A DNA stretch of 64,000 bases from Balanoglossus misakiensis. Its lineage: Eukaryota > Animalia > Hemichordata. The notes below the pieces were generated by a model that saw nothing but the letters and a program-made list of their open reading frames with translations, searched no databases and was not told the origin of the DNA. The number at the start of each line of letters is the position of its first letter. Within the stretch, counting starts at the first letter, position 1. Location of the stretch: assembly GCA_040954595.2 (NCBI GenBank), contig CM082594.2:1320247-1384246 (forward strand). Direction: 5' to 3'. Of this stretch, positions 12,219-25,644 are shown in pieces. Made by a program: the position numbers and the translations under genes.

Positions 12219-14545
12219 ATAGCTGCAAGCAGCGATGACGGGCACAAGCTTAAGCCGAAGGTCAAAGGTCATATGTGGTCACCCAAAATTTGGGCAAAAA
12301 GTTTTGACCCCCATACTAGTCCAGGTCCAACAGAAACCTGACCTCTAGCCCTATTGGTTTGTCAGAAATTAGATATGCACATAATTAATGATGTAAAGTG
12401 TAAGACTCCATTAATAGTTCGATCCATCCAAACACAAATGCTGTACCTGTTCTGGATGCCAAGATATAGCAAAGTAGGTCAAAGGTCACCTGAGGTCACC
12501 CAAAATTTGGGCAAAATTTTTGACCCCATACTGATCCATGTCCCACAAGAACAAAACCTCTAGCCCTATTGGTTAGCCTGGAATTAGGTATGCACATAAT
12601 TAATGAGATATGCAGGTGTCACTGGTGACCCCAAATTTTGGCTTTTCAATTTTTGTCCCAACCCTCCAAACGCCAAGTCTTTGCCTGCTCTGGTTGCCAA
12701 GATATGGTAAATTAGGTCAAAGGTCACCTGAGGTCACCCAAAATTTGGGCAAATTTTTTTAACCTCATACTGGTCCATGTCCCACAAGAACAAAACGTCT
12801 AGCCCTATTAGTTAGCCCGGAATTAGGTATGCACATAATTAATGAGTTTAGCAGGTGTTACAGGTGAGCCCGAAATTTTGCCTTTTAATGTGGTCCCATT
12901 CTGCTCACGGGCCAGTAGGCAGTCACTGTACAGGACCATTGCACAGACGTGCACATGGCGTCATAGCTTAACTATAGAAAGTATAGGCCCATGGCTGAGT
13001 CCAAAAATATGAAAAACTACTAATATTTACAAGTCTTCTTCTCAAAATAGACTTGGCCCACGGCCTTGATATTTGGCATGTAGGACACTGATCACATGGT
13101 CCACAAAAGTTGCTAAAAGAATTTCGATATCTCCATTCATATGCAAATTAGGCCCATTTGAAAACTTTGCCCATATATGGTCATCAGGCCACATGACTAA
13201 TTAAACATTCACAGGGATACTGCACCAGCTCTCATAGGCCTGCACCATTGTGCCAAGTTTGAGATTTGTAGGTTCAGCCGTTTTCAAGATCTACCTGAGC
13301 AAAAAAACTACACAAGAAAAAAAAAAAGATGAAAAACCCCAGTAATACCAATAGGGCACAAGCCTGCTTGGCTTGTGCCCTAAATATAGCTGCAAGCAGC
13401 GATGACGGGCACAAGCTTAAGCCGAAGGTCAAAGGTCATATGTGGTCACCCAAAATTTGGGCAAAAAGTTTTGACCCCATACTAGTCCAGGTCCAACAAA
13501 AACCAGACCTCTAGCCCTATTGGTTCGCCTAGAATTAGATATGCACATAATTAATGACGTAAAGTATAAGGCTCCATTAGGAGTTCCATGCCTCCAAATG
13601 CCAAGGCTGTATCTGCATGGGTTGCCGAGATACGGTAAAGTAGGTCAAAGGTCACCTGAGGTCACCCAAAATTGGGCAAGAAATTTTAACCCCATACTGG
13701 TCCATGTTCAACAAAAATCAAACCTCTAGCCCTATTGGCTAGCCTGGAATTAGGTATGCACATAATTAATGAGATAAGCAGGTGTCACAGGTGACCCCCA
13801 ATTTTGTCTTTTCAATTTTAGTCACAACCCTCCAAACGCCAAGTCTGTACCTGCTGTGGATGCCGAGATATAGGAAAGTAGGTCAAAGGTCACCTGAGGT
13901 CACCCAAAATTTGGGCAAAAATTTTTGATCCCATACTGGTCCATGTCCCACAAGAACAAAACCTCTAGCCCTAATAGTTAGCCCGGAATTAGGTATGCAC
14001 ATAATTAATGAGTTAAGCAGGTGTTACAGGTGAGCCCAAAATTTTGTCTTTTATTTTGGTCCCATTCAGCTCACGGGCCACTAGACTGTCACTGTACAGG
14101 ACAATTGCACAGACGTGGACATAGCGTCATAGCTTAACTATAGAAAGTATAGGCCTATGGCTGGGTCCACAAATATGACAAATAATATTTAATAATCTTC
14201 TTCTCAAAATAGACTTGGCCCACGGGATTGACATTTGGCATGTAGGACACTGATCACATGGTCCACAAAAGTTGCTAAAAGAATTTCGATATCTCCATTC
14301 ATATGCAAATTAGGCCCATTTGAAAACTTTGCCCATATATGGTCATCAGATCACATGACTTATTAAACATTCACGAGGGTACTGCACCAGCTCTCATAGG
14401 CCTGCATCACTGTGCCAAGTTTGAGATTTGTAGGTTCAGCCGTTTTCAAGATCCTATTGGGCAAAAAAACTACACAAGAAAAAGAAGAGGATGAAAAACC
14501 CCAGTAATACCAATAGGGCACAAGCCTGCTTGGCTTGTGCCCTAA
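12219..14545 (-). mobile_element. Two head-to-tail ~1.16-kb copies of a HINE/DINE-like non-autonomous Helentron
   Basis: Units 12219-13384 and 13385-14545. Each has terminal hairpin TAGGGCACAAGCC..GGCTTGTGCCCTA, a second GGGCACAAGC subterminal repeat at the other end next to hairpin GCTGCAAGCAGC, and internal tandem core repeats. Confidence 0.75.
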
Positions 14546-14689
14546 AAAAACACAGTAAAACCAATAGGGCACAAGCGCCTGAGGGCGCTTGGTCCCCTAA
14601 TCAAAAGCGGTTAATAACGGTCAGTCAACTCACGTCTACTAACTCTTCTTATGTGAAAGGATGCGTAAGACTACAATAAAACTCAAAGG

Positions 14690-17600
14690 GCCTCTCTTCA
14701 ATGTTAGTCATCATACCCTTCCACCCTGTGATTTTGATGAACACTTTTCCCCCCAGCTTTATAATTCATTTTGTGTTTCCCATCTAAATGTCAGATCATT
14801 AAACAGAAACGTTGATGCCTTAAAATTACTATATGAAGATATTATCAAGTCCAAATTCGCTATCATTGGAATTTCTGAAGTATGGGACCCAAATAACTTA
14901 AGTATTTGTAATATGCAAGATTACACATTAGAAGTGAAGTCTCGTGAAGTAGGAAGGGGTGGTGGGGTTGGGGCTTACATACATTCATCAGTAATCTACA
15001 AGCTGCTTCGAGCAAGTGTCAGTCACTCAGAATCACTCTGGATGGAGGTACAGGTTAAAAATACGAAGATAATTATGGGAATAATCTACAGAAAACCTAA
15101 TACTGATATAACAGAATTTCAAATTAGTCTCGTGCAAGTTTTAAATGAGTTCAGATGTGACAAAAATAATTGTATTTTAATGGGCGATTTTAATATTGAT
15201 ACTAACATAAGACTGACCAACCCCAATATAAATTCATATCTATCCTCCTTGGAATGTATAGGCTTAAGACAGCTGATATCTATCCCAACCAGAGTGACTA
15301 GTTCATCTGAAACTTTAATTGACCACATCTACACAAAAAATAATCAACGTCCTATTCATGCTGGCACTATAATCACAGATATTTCAGACCATTTCCCTGT
15401 GTATACTCTTTTAGAAAATATTCCTCTAAAATTGCCACAAAAAGAGAAAATTATTTTCAGAAATTTCAAAAACTATAGTCCCTCCCAATTTTACGACGAT
15501 CTTGAAATCACAAAATGGCATTCTGTGTACCATTCCTCTGATGCTAATGAGGCTTACAACAATTTTTATTCAGTCTTTAATGAAATTTGTGATAAACATG
15601 CACCTATTTCTACAACATCCTATAGTACCAAAAAAAAAAAAAAAAAACCTTGGATCACCAAATCACTTAGAAAATCTATTAACACCAAACATAGGCTATA
15701 TAACAAATTATATAAATCAAAATTTAATAATGCTGTTGCTGTTGATAATTATAAAAAATATCGAAATATTTTATCGGCTTTACTCAGGAAAGCCAAACAG
15801 ATGTACTATAGCAATATTTTTATACAAAATGAAAATAACACTACTGCAATATGGAAAACAATTAGAGAGATACTTGGAAGCCAAGGTAATGCCAGTCAAT
15901 CTCTGCCAGATAATCTGTGTGTTAAGTCTAATGGTAAGGTACGAACCGTAAATAAGAAAACTGACATTGTCAATGAGCTAAATAACTACTTTGTTGGTAT
16001 TGGTCCAGACCTTGCTAGTAAAATAAAGTCTAACAATTGCAACTTCAATAATTACCTCAAGGCACCCATCTCAAACTCAATCTTTCTTGCCCCAACAACT
16101 CAGTTTGAAATACAAAAAATTATTTGTAGCCTAGATCCTTATAAAGCTTGTGGCCAAGATCAAATTCCTGCCGGACTTCTTATAGATGGAGCTGCTGTAA
16201 TATCTAAACCATTAGAATACATATTCAACCTCTCCTTTCAATAAGGAATATTTCTGAAAGCCCTTAAATCAGCAAAAGTTATACCAAGTTTCAAGAAAGG
16301 AACCACTGATGATCCAGGAAATTACAGACCAATATCAATTTTACCTCTTATAAGCAAAGTCTTAGAAAAAATAGTCAACTCCCATCTTACCAACTTTGTA
16401 GAACAATTTAATATTCTATATGAACATCCGTATGCCTTTCGACAAAAATATAGTACCAAACTCTCTCTGATCAATCTTGTCAATTATCTCATTAAGCAAC
16501 TTGATGCTGGCAGAATTACACTTGGCATTTTCCTTGACTTTTCAAAAGCCTTTGATACCATTGATCATACAATATTACTATCTAAACTCTCTCACTATGG
16601 TATACGTGGACGTCCTCTACAATGGTTTACAGATTATTTAAAAGATAGATGTCAACATGTTTGTGCTGATGGCCATATCTCATCTAGCCATAATATTACA
16701 TGTGGAGTTCCACAGGGTTCTGTCCTTGGACCTACTCTATTTTTTATTATTTATTAATGATATAGCCCTTTCAACATCCTTCTTCAACTTTCGGCTGTTT
16801 GCTGATGATACAAATCTGTCCCATACCTTCCCTGCAAACAAAAGTGATATCAATCTGAACCATGTTGACAACCAGTTACAGCTAGTACTAGATTGGTGCA
16901 ATGCCAACAAACTCACTATAAATCACCTAAAAATAAATTACATTATTTTCAGAAACCAAAGACGAAAGGTTTCCCATGTTGGTTTTCTCCACATAAATAA
17001 TATGGTCATAAATGAGGTAGAAGCTGCATCATTTGTTGGCATTCTCATTGACAGGCATCTTACCTTGTCAAAACATATCCAGATGCTAAACACAATCATC
17101 AGAAAGAAAGTTGGCATTCTCTTTAAACTCAGACATTTTGTACCTACCCCTATACTTACCTTACTCTACAAATCACTTATCCAACCACATATAACATACA
17201 GCCTCGAAGTATGGGGGTCAACATATCCTTCATATCTAAACCGTATTAGGTTATTACAAAAAATGGCAGTAAGAGCAATAACCTTCAGTGTTTTCACAGC
17301 TCATTCAACTCCTTTATTCCATAAATTGAAAATCCCTGATATTTTCAAATTACATAAGCTCCGGGTATGCTCCTTCATGTATGATCTTGTAAACAATAAT
17401 CTTCCACAAAGGCTGACAACCTAATGTCAATTACCTCTCCATGATTACAGTTCACGCCACAAAAACCAAGGTAATCTCCATATTCCAAGTGTAAATACAA
17501 CAATGGGCAAATTTGCAATATCTTATAATGGCCCTCAAATAAAAAACAAAAAATCCCAAAAAACTTTCCGGTACTCGCTCAAACAGATGTATTTAGAAAA

Positions 17601-17941
17601 TTAACTATAAATATATATATATTTATATATAGTAGTTCAATTTATACATTCAATGTATTTATTTCATTCAATTTTAGCTACTGTCTATGTACATAATTGC
17701 CTTTACAGTGTACATGCCTAATATTGCTTCTCTCTAAGAAATACACTGCCCTCAAAATGAAATGTAACTAATTTTTATACCGCAATGTACAGAGGAATGG
17801 GAACAGACTTGACTAGCACCTGCTATTTTCTGTTCCCAATTACCTTAAGTTTTCATTCAACCTGTCTCACTCGTGAGTTATGTAAATACTTTTCAACTTT
17901 TCAACAAGGGTAATAAATTGAAATGAAATTGAATTTAATTG
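14690..17941 (+). mobile_element. CR1/L2-group LINE (APE endonuclease + reverse transcriptase ORF2), 5'-truncated and inactivated
   Basis: APE motifs HLNVRSL, ISEVW, GDFNID, IDHIY, SDHFPV. RT motifs NYRPISILP, LDFSKAFDTIDH, GVPQGSVLGP, LFADDT. Stop at 16242-16244, frameshift in a T-run near 16740. 3' AATAAA followed by an (ATTGAA)-like tail. Confidence 0.92.
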
Positions 17942-19218
17942 AACTCACGTCATCAGAGTAGACAAAGAAAATACGATCACGCAATATTTCAATGATCAAA
18001 TCTCTCAAACTATAGATTAAAAAGGCTGATTATTCAGTTCAATGTCATTCTATCACAGTTCTTTTGCGATAGCAGACGATTCAAGAGTCTTCCCTTCTTC
18101 ATTCCACGAGACCTCTTTTCTTCGTCGCCAGAACTGCTTCAACTACATGCTTCTGGATTCGACGCCCCTCTGATCAAACAACAGATCCATCGTTGAAAAC
18201 CCGTCCACGCATTCCACGCAGTCAACAGTCAGCACCAACCTTTTTTCTGTTCTCGTTTCCTCCTGAAGCAGACCATTGGATCGTCCGTTTCGCCAGCTTT
18301 TTTTCTTCTTACTTCTTTCTCGGTTCAGGAATCAGTGGCAACATCTCTGCCTACCCGGATTCTAACACCATCTTGTTACGGCCGGTCGTCCTCCGGACGT
18401 TTACCTCATCGGCTTCTGTGGGGAATCAGCCACGTCCGAAGGCTGACGGCGTACATTCTCTCCATCTCCTTCTCCACCCAACATATTCACAGAGTCCGAG
18501 AGAGGTACCCGGCAGATCGTAAACCTTTCGTAGACAGAGACTTACAACAAGTTTTCCGAGTAACACAAAGTTCTGGTTTATTACTGGTCACACGTAAGAA
18601 TTACACGACTCGATCCATGCTCGTTGACTCCCATCACGGATCTCCGGTGATAAACGTGTGATCTCAAATTTCACCACACCTTATTAATACGTTTGTCAAG
18701 TATTAAGTCATAAAAGGAACACGTCATCTTAATATTTCTTAAACATGAACTTAGCGCGTGATATCTCTATCTCGTTCTGACATGTATCAATTACACAATC
18801 TTGTTTACTCTGGGTCAAGTACCTATGTCAATACTGGACTAAAACCATATAAGTGAATGACTTTTTACGTAATCATAAACAAGATCTATGATCGTTAAAC
18901 TCAATCGTGACACTTGTATTACCGCTGGTTTCTCATGATTGTTCATGCATCGGGGAATCTGTAGCGATGAGGTAACGGGCTCTGACGAGAACCGTGATCC
19001 ACGGAGACACGTATCTGATTTACGTTCATTTATTGTCCGGAATTATTATAGTACATCAAATACGCCCAGTAAAGTACACGAGGAAGGGAACGAGCTCAGT
19101 AGCCTGAGGTACTCCCATCTCCCGTAAGATTATTCTCCCCTAACTTTGGAAACAAAGTTCTCTTATAATTACTTTTCTCAAAGCGTGGTTCACCATGTAA
19201 AATATCACAAATACATGT

Positions 19219-22200
19219 AGTGGCCAGTGTCGTGCCCATTAATTTTGAGTGTTTGGTGGGGTCAACCTTTGCGTCAACATTGATTAGCCAGGCCATGCAG
19301 AGCTAGTGGCCAGTGTCGTGCCCATTAATTTTGAGTGTTTGGTGGGGTCAACCTTTGCGTCAACATTGATTAACCAGGCCATGCAGAGCTAGTGGCCAGT
19401 GTCGTGCCCATTAATTTTGAGTGTTTGGTGGGGTCAACCTTTGCGTCAACATTGATTAGCCAGGCCATGCAGAGCTAGTGGCCAGTGTCGTGCCCATTAA
19501 TTTTGAGTGTTTGGTGGGGTCAACCTTTGCGTCAACATTGATTAGCCAGGCCATGCAGAGCTAGTGGCCAGTGTCGTGCCCATCAATTTTGAGTGTTTGG
19601 TGGGGTCAACCTTTGCGTCAACCTTGATTAGCCAGGCCATGCAGAGCTAGTGGCCCGTGTCGTGCCCATCAATTTTGAGTGTTTGGTGGGGTCAACCTTT
19701 GCGTCAACCTTGATTAGCCAGGCCATGCAGAGCTAGTGGCCCGTGTCGTGCCCATCAATTTTGAGTGTTTGGTGGGGTCAACCTTTGCGTCAACCTTGAT
19801 TAGCCAGGCCATGCAGAGCTAGTGGCCCGTGTCGTGCCCATCAATTTTGAGTGTTTGGTGGGGTCAACCTTTGCGTCAACCTTGATTAGCCAGGCCATGC
19901 AGAGCTAGTGGCCCGTGTCGTGCCCATCAATTTTGAGTGTTTGGTGGGGTCAACCTTTGCGTCAACCTTGATTAGCCAGGCCATGCAGAGCTAGTGGCCC
20001 GTGTCGTGCCCATCAATTTTGAGTGTTTGGTGGGGTCAACCTTTGCGTCAACCTTGATTAGCCAGGCCATGCAGAGCTAGTGGCCCGTGTCGTGCCCATC
20101 AATTTTGAGTGTTTGGTGGGGTCAACCTTTGCGTCAACCTTGATTAGCCAGGCCATGCAGAGCTAGTGGCCCGTGTCGTGCCCATCAATTTTGAGTGTTT
20201 GGTGGGGTCAACCTTTGCGTCAACCTTGATTAGCCAGGCCATGCAGAGCTAGTGGCCCGTGTCGTGCCCATCAATTTTGAGTGTTTGGTGGGGTCAACCT
20301 TTGCGTCAACCTTGATTAGCCAGGCCATGCAGAGCTAGTGGCCCGTGTCGTGCCCATCAATTTTGAGTGTTTGGTGGGGTCAACCTTTGCGTCAACCTTG
20401 ATTAGTCAGGCCATGCAGAGCTAGTGGCCCGTGTCGTGCCCATCAATTTTGAGTGTTTGGTGGGGTCGACCTTTGCGTCAACCTTGATTAGCCAGGCCAT
20501 GCAGAGCTAGTGGCCCGTGTCGTGTCCATCAATTTTGAGTGTTTGGTGGGGTCGACCTTTGCGTCAACCTTGATTAGCCAGGCCATGCAGAGCTAGTGGC
20601 CAGTGTCGTGCCCATCAATTTTGAGTGTTTGGTGGGGTCAACCTTTGCGTCAACCTTGATTAGCCAGGCCATGCAGAGCTAGTGGCCCATGTCGTGCCCA
20701 TCAATTTTGAGTGTTTGGTGGGGTCAACCTTTGCGTCAACCTTGATTAGCCAGGCCATGCAGAGCTAGTGGCCCGTGTCGTGCCCATCAATTTTGAGTGT
20801 TTGGTGGGGTCAACCTTTGCGTCAACCTTGATTAGCCAGGCCATGCAGAGCTAGTGGCCCGTGTCGTGCCCATCAATTTTGAGTGTTTGGTGGGGTCAAC
20901 CTTTGCGTCAACCTTGATTAGCCAGGCCATGCAGAGCTAGTGGCCAGTGTCGTGCCCATCAATTTTGAGTGTTTGGTGGGGTCAACCTTTGCGTCAACCT
21001 TGATTAGCCAGGCCATGCAGAGCTAGTGGCCAGTGTCGTGCCCATCAATTTTGAGTGTTTGGTGGGGTCAACCTTTGCGTCAACCTTGATTAGCCAGGCC
21101 ATGCAGAGCTAGTGGCCAGTGTCGTGCCCATCAATTTTGAGTGTTTGGTGGGGTCAACCTTTGCGTCAACATTGATTAGCCAGGCCATGCAGAGCTAGTG
21201 GCCAGTGTCGTGCCCATCAATTTTGAGTGTTTGGTGGGGTCAACCTTTGTGTCAACATTGATTAGCCAGGCCATGCAGAGCTAGTGGCCAGTGTCGTGCC
21301 CATCAATTTTGAGTGTTTGGTGGGGTCAACCTTTGCGTCAACATTGATTAGCCAGGCCATGCAGAGCTAGTGGCCAGTGTCGTGCCCATCAATTTTGAGT
21401 GTTTGGTGGGGTCAACCTTTGCGTCAACATTGATTAGCCAGGCCAGGCAGAGCTAGTGGCCAGTGTCGTGCCCATCAATTTTGAGTGTTTGGTGGGGTCA
21501 ACCTTTGCGTCAACATTGATTAGCCAGGCCAGGCAGAGCTAGTGGCCAGTGTCGTGCCCATCAATTTTGAGTGTTTGGTGGGGTCAACCTTTGCGTCAAC
21601 ATTGATTAGCCAGGCCAGGCAGAGCTAGTGGCCAGTGTCGTGCCCATCAATTTTGAGTGTTTGGTGGGGTCAACCTTTGCGTCAACATTGATTAGCCAGG
21701 CCAGGCAGAGCTAGTGGCCAGTGTCGTGCCCATCAATTTTGAGTGTTTGGTGGGGTCAACCTTTGCGTCAACATTGATTAGCCAGGCCAGGCAGAGCTAG
21801 TGGCCAGTGTCGTGCCCATCAATTTTGAGTGTTTGGTGGGGTCAACCTTTGCGTCAACATTGATTAGCCAGGCCAGTCAGAGCTAGTGGCCAGTGTCGTG
21901 CCCATCAATTTTGAGTGTTTGGTGGGGTCAACCTTTGCGTCAACATTGATTAGCCAGGCCAGGCAGAGCTAGTGGCCAGTGTCGTGCCCATTAATTTTGA
22001 GTGTTTGGTGGGGTCAACCTTTGCGTCAACATTGATTAGCCAGGCCAGGTTAGAGCTAGTGGCCAGTGTCGTGCCCATTAATTTTGAGTGTTTGGTGGGG
22101 TCAACCTTTGCGTCAACATTGATTAGCCAGGCCAGGCAGAGCTAGTGGCCAGTGTCGTGCCCATCAATTTTGAGTGTTTGGTGGGGTCAACCTTTGCGTC

Positions 22201-25200
22201 AACATTGATTAGCCAGGCCAGGCAGAGCTAGTGGCCAGTGTCGTGCCCATCAATTTTGAGTGTTTGGTGGGGTCAACCCTTGCGTCAACATTGATTAGCC
22301 AGGCCAGAGCTAGTGGCCAGTGTCGTGCCCATCAATTTTGAGTGTTTGGTGGGGTCAACCCTTGCGTCAACATTGATTAGCCAGGCCAGAGCTAGTGGCC
22401 AGTGTCGTGCCCATCAATTTTGAGTGTTTGGTGGGGTCAACCCTTGCGTCAACATTGATTAGCCAGGCCAGAGCTAGTGGCCATCAATTTTGAGTGTTTG
22501 GTGGGGTCAACCCTTGCGTCAACCTTGATTAGCCAGGCCAGAGCTTAGTGGCCAGTGTCGTGCCCATCAATTATGAGTGTTTGGTGGGGTCAACCCTTGC
22601 GTCAACCTTGATTAGCCAGGCCGGAGCTAGTGGCCAGTGTCGTGCCCATCAATTTTGAGTGTTTGGTGGGGTCAACCTTTGCGTCAACCTTGATTAGCCA
22701 GGCCATGCAGAGCTAGTGGCCAGTGTCGTGCCCATCAATTTTGAGTGTATGGTGGGGTCAACCTTTGCGTCAACCTTGATTAGCCAGGCCATGCAGAGCT
22801 AGTGGCCAGTGTCGTGCCCATCAATTTTGAGTGTTTGGTGGGGTCAACCCTTGCGTCAACATTGATTAGCCAGGCCAGAGCTAGTGGCCATCAATTTTGA
22901 GTGTTTGGTGGGGTCAACCCTTGCGTCAACCTTGATTAGCCAGGCCAGAGCTTAGTGGCCAGTGTCGTGCCCATCAATTATGAGTGTTTGGTGGGGTCAA
23001 CCCTTGCGTCAACCTTGATTAGCCAGGCCGGAGCTAGTGGCCAGTGTCGTGCCCATCAATTTTGAGTGTTTTGTGGGGTCAACCTTTGCGTCAACCTTGA
23101 TTAGCCAGGCCATGCAGAGCTAGTGGCCAGTGTCGTGCCCATCAATTTTGAGTGTTTGGTGGGGTCAACCTTTGCGTCAACCTTGATTAGCCAGGCCATG
23201 CAGAGCTAGTGGCCAGTGTCGTGCCCATCAATTTTGAGTGTTTGGTGGGGTCAACCTTTGCGTCAACCTTGATTAGCCAGGCCATGCAGAGCTAGTGGCC
23301 CGTGTCGTGCCCATCAATTTTGAGTGTTTGGTGGGGTCAACCTTTGCGTCAACCTTGATTAGCCAGGCCATGCAGAGCTAGTGGCCAGTGTCGTGCCCAT
23401 CAATTTTGAGTGTTTGGTGGGGTCAACCTTTGCGTCAACATTGATTAGCCAGGCCAGGCAGAGCTAGTGGCCAGTGTCGTGCCCATTAATTTTGAGTGTT
23501 TGGTGGGGTCAACCCTTGCGTCAACATTGATTAGCCAGGCCAGAGCTAGTGGCCAGTGTCGTGCCCATCAATTTTGAGTGTTTGGTGGGGTCAACCCTTG
23601 TGTCAACATTGATTAGCCAGGCCAGAGCTAGTGGCCAGTGTCGTGCCCATCAATTTTGAGTGTTTGGTGGGGTCAACCCTTGCGTCAACATTGATTAGCC
23701 AGGCCAGAGCTAGTGGCCAGTGTCGTGCCCATCAATTTTGAGTGTTTGGTGGGGTCAACCCTTGCGTCAACATTGATTAGCCAGGCCAGAGCTAGTGGCC
23801 ATCAATTTTGAGTGTTTGGTGGGGTCAACCCTTGCGTCAACCTTGATTAGCCAGGCCAGAGCTTAGTGGCCAGTGTCGTGCCCATCAATTATGAGTGTTT
23901 GGTGGGGTCAACCCTTGCGTCAACCTTGATTAGCCAGGCCGGAGCTAGTGGCCAGTGTCGTGCCCATCAATTTTGAGTGTTTGGTGGGGTCAACCTTTGC
24001 GTCAACCTTGATTAGCCAGGCCATGCAGAGCTAGTGGACAGTGTCGTGCCCATCAATTTTGAGTGTTTGGTGGGGTCAACCTTTGCGTCAACCTTGATTA
24101 GCCAGGCCATGCAGAGCTAGTGGCCAGTGTCGTGCCCATCAATTTTGAGTGTTTGGTGGGGTCAACCCTTGCGTCAACATTGATTAGCCAGGCCAGAGCT
24201 AGTGGCCATCAATTTTGAGTGTTTGGTGGGGTCAACCCTTGCGTCAACCTTGATTAGCCAGGCCAGAGCTTAGTGGCCAGTGTCGTGCCCATCAATTATG
24301 AGTGTTTGGTGGGGTCAACCCTTGCGTCAACCTTGATTAGCCAGGCCGGAGCTAGTGGCCAGTGTCGTGCCCATCAATTTTGAGTGTTTGGTGGGGTCAA
24401 CCTTTGCGTCAACCTTGATTAGCCAGGCCATGCAGAGCTAGTGGCCAGTGTCGTGCCCATCAATTTTGAGTGTTTGGTGGGGTCAACCTTTGCGTCAACC
24501 TTGATTAGCCAGGCCATGCAGAGCTAGTGGCCAGTGTCGTGCCCATCAATTTTGAGTGTTTGGTGGGGTCAACCTTTGCGTCAACCTTGATTAGCCAGGC
24601 CATGCAGAGCTAGTGGCCCGTGTCGTGCCCATCAATTTTGAGTGTTTGGTGGGGTCAACCTTTGCGTCAACCTTGATTAGCCAGGCCATGCAGAGCTAGT
24701 GGCCCGTGTCGTGCCCATCAATTTTGAGTGTTTGGTGGGGTCAACCTTTGCGTCAACCTTGATTAGCCAGGCCATGCAGAGCTAGTGGCCCGTGTCGTGC
24801 CCATCAATTTTGAGTGTTTGGTGGGGTCAACCTTTGCGTCAACCTTGATTAGCCAGGCCATGCAGAGCTAGTGGCCCGTGTCGTGCCCATCAATTTTGAG
24901 TGTTTGGTGGGGTCAACCTTTGCGTCAACCTTGATTAGCCAGGCCATGCAGAGCTAGTGGCCAGTGTCGTGCCCATCAATTTTGAGTGTTTGGTGGGGTC
25001 AACCTTTGCGTCAACCTTGATTAGCCAGGCCATGCAGAGCTAGTGGCCAGTGTCGTGCCCATCAATTTTGAGTGTTTGGTGGGGTCAACCTTTGCGTCAA
25101 CCTTGATTAGCCAGGCCATGCAGAGCTAGTGGCCAGTGTCGTGCCCATCAATTTTGAGTGTTTGGTGGGGTCAACCTTTGCGTCAACCTTGATTAGCCAG

Positions 25201-25644
25201 GCCATGCAAAGCTAGTGGCCAGTGTCGTGCCCATCAATTTTGAGTGTTTGGTGGGGTCAACCTTTGCGTCAACATTGATTAACCAGGCCATGCAGAGCTA
25301 GTGGCCAGTGTCGTGCCCATCAATTTTGAGTGTTTGGTGGGGTCAACCTTTGCGTCAACATTGATTAACCAGGCCATGCAGAGCTAGTGGCCAGTGTCGT
25401 GCCCATCAATTTTGAGTGTTTGGTGGGGTCAACCTTTGCGTCAACATTGATTAACCAGGCCATGCAGAGCTAGTGGCCAGTGTCGTGCCCATCAATTTTG
25501 AGTGTTTGGTGGGGTCAACCTTTGCGTCAACATTGATTAACCAGGCCATGCAGAGCTAGTGGCCAGTGTCGTGCCCATCAATTTTGAGTGTTTGGTGGGG
25601 TCAACTTTTGCGTCAACATTGATTAACCAGGCCATGCAGAGCTA
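19219..25644. repeat. Tandem satellite array, 86-bp monomer, about 75 copies
   Basis: Unit AGTGGCCAGTGTCGTGCCCATCAATTTTGAGTGTTTGGTGGGGTCAACCTTTGCGTCAACMTTGATTAGCCAGGCCATGCAGAGCT starts at 19219, 19305, 19391 and so on. Shortened variants cluster at ~22300-24350. Confidence 0.98.

Larger units (their letters stand above)
5878..14600 (-). mobile_element. Composite non-autonomous Helentron-associated (HINE/DINE-1-like) element with nested insertions
   Basis: On the minus strand the 5' end at ~14600 is a hairpin containing the subterminal repeat GGGGACCAAGC. The 3' end at ~5878-5910 has the matching GCTTGGGTCCC followed by hairpin GCTGCTTGCAGC and T-rich sequence. Internal GGTCAAAGGTCACC/CCCAAAATTTGG core repeats occur throughout. 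Confidence 0.55.

Noticed and set aside
17950-19200. Possible retroelement internal region after the LINE; AACTCACGTC at ~14627 and ~17942 as a target duplication
   Set aside because: No gag or pol motifs were identified, and the left copy is ~55 bp away from the apparent LINE start.
19219-25644. CRISPR array
   Set aside because: Monomers are contiguous near-identical repeats with no unique spacers, there are no cas genes, and the context is eukaryotic.
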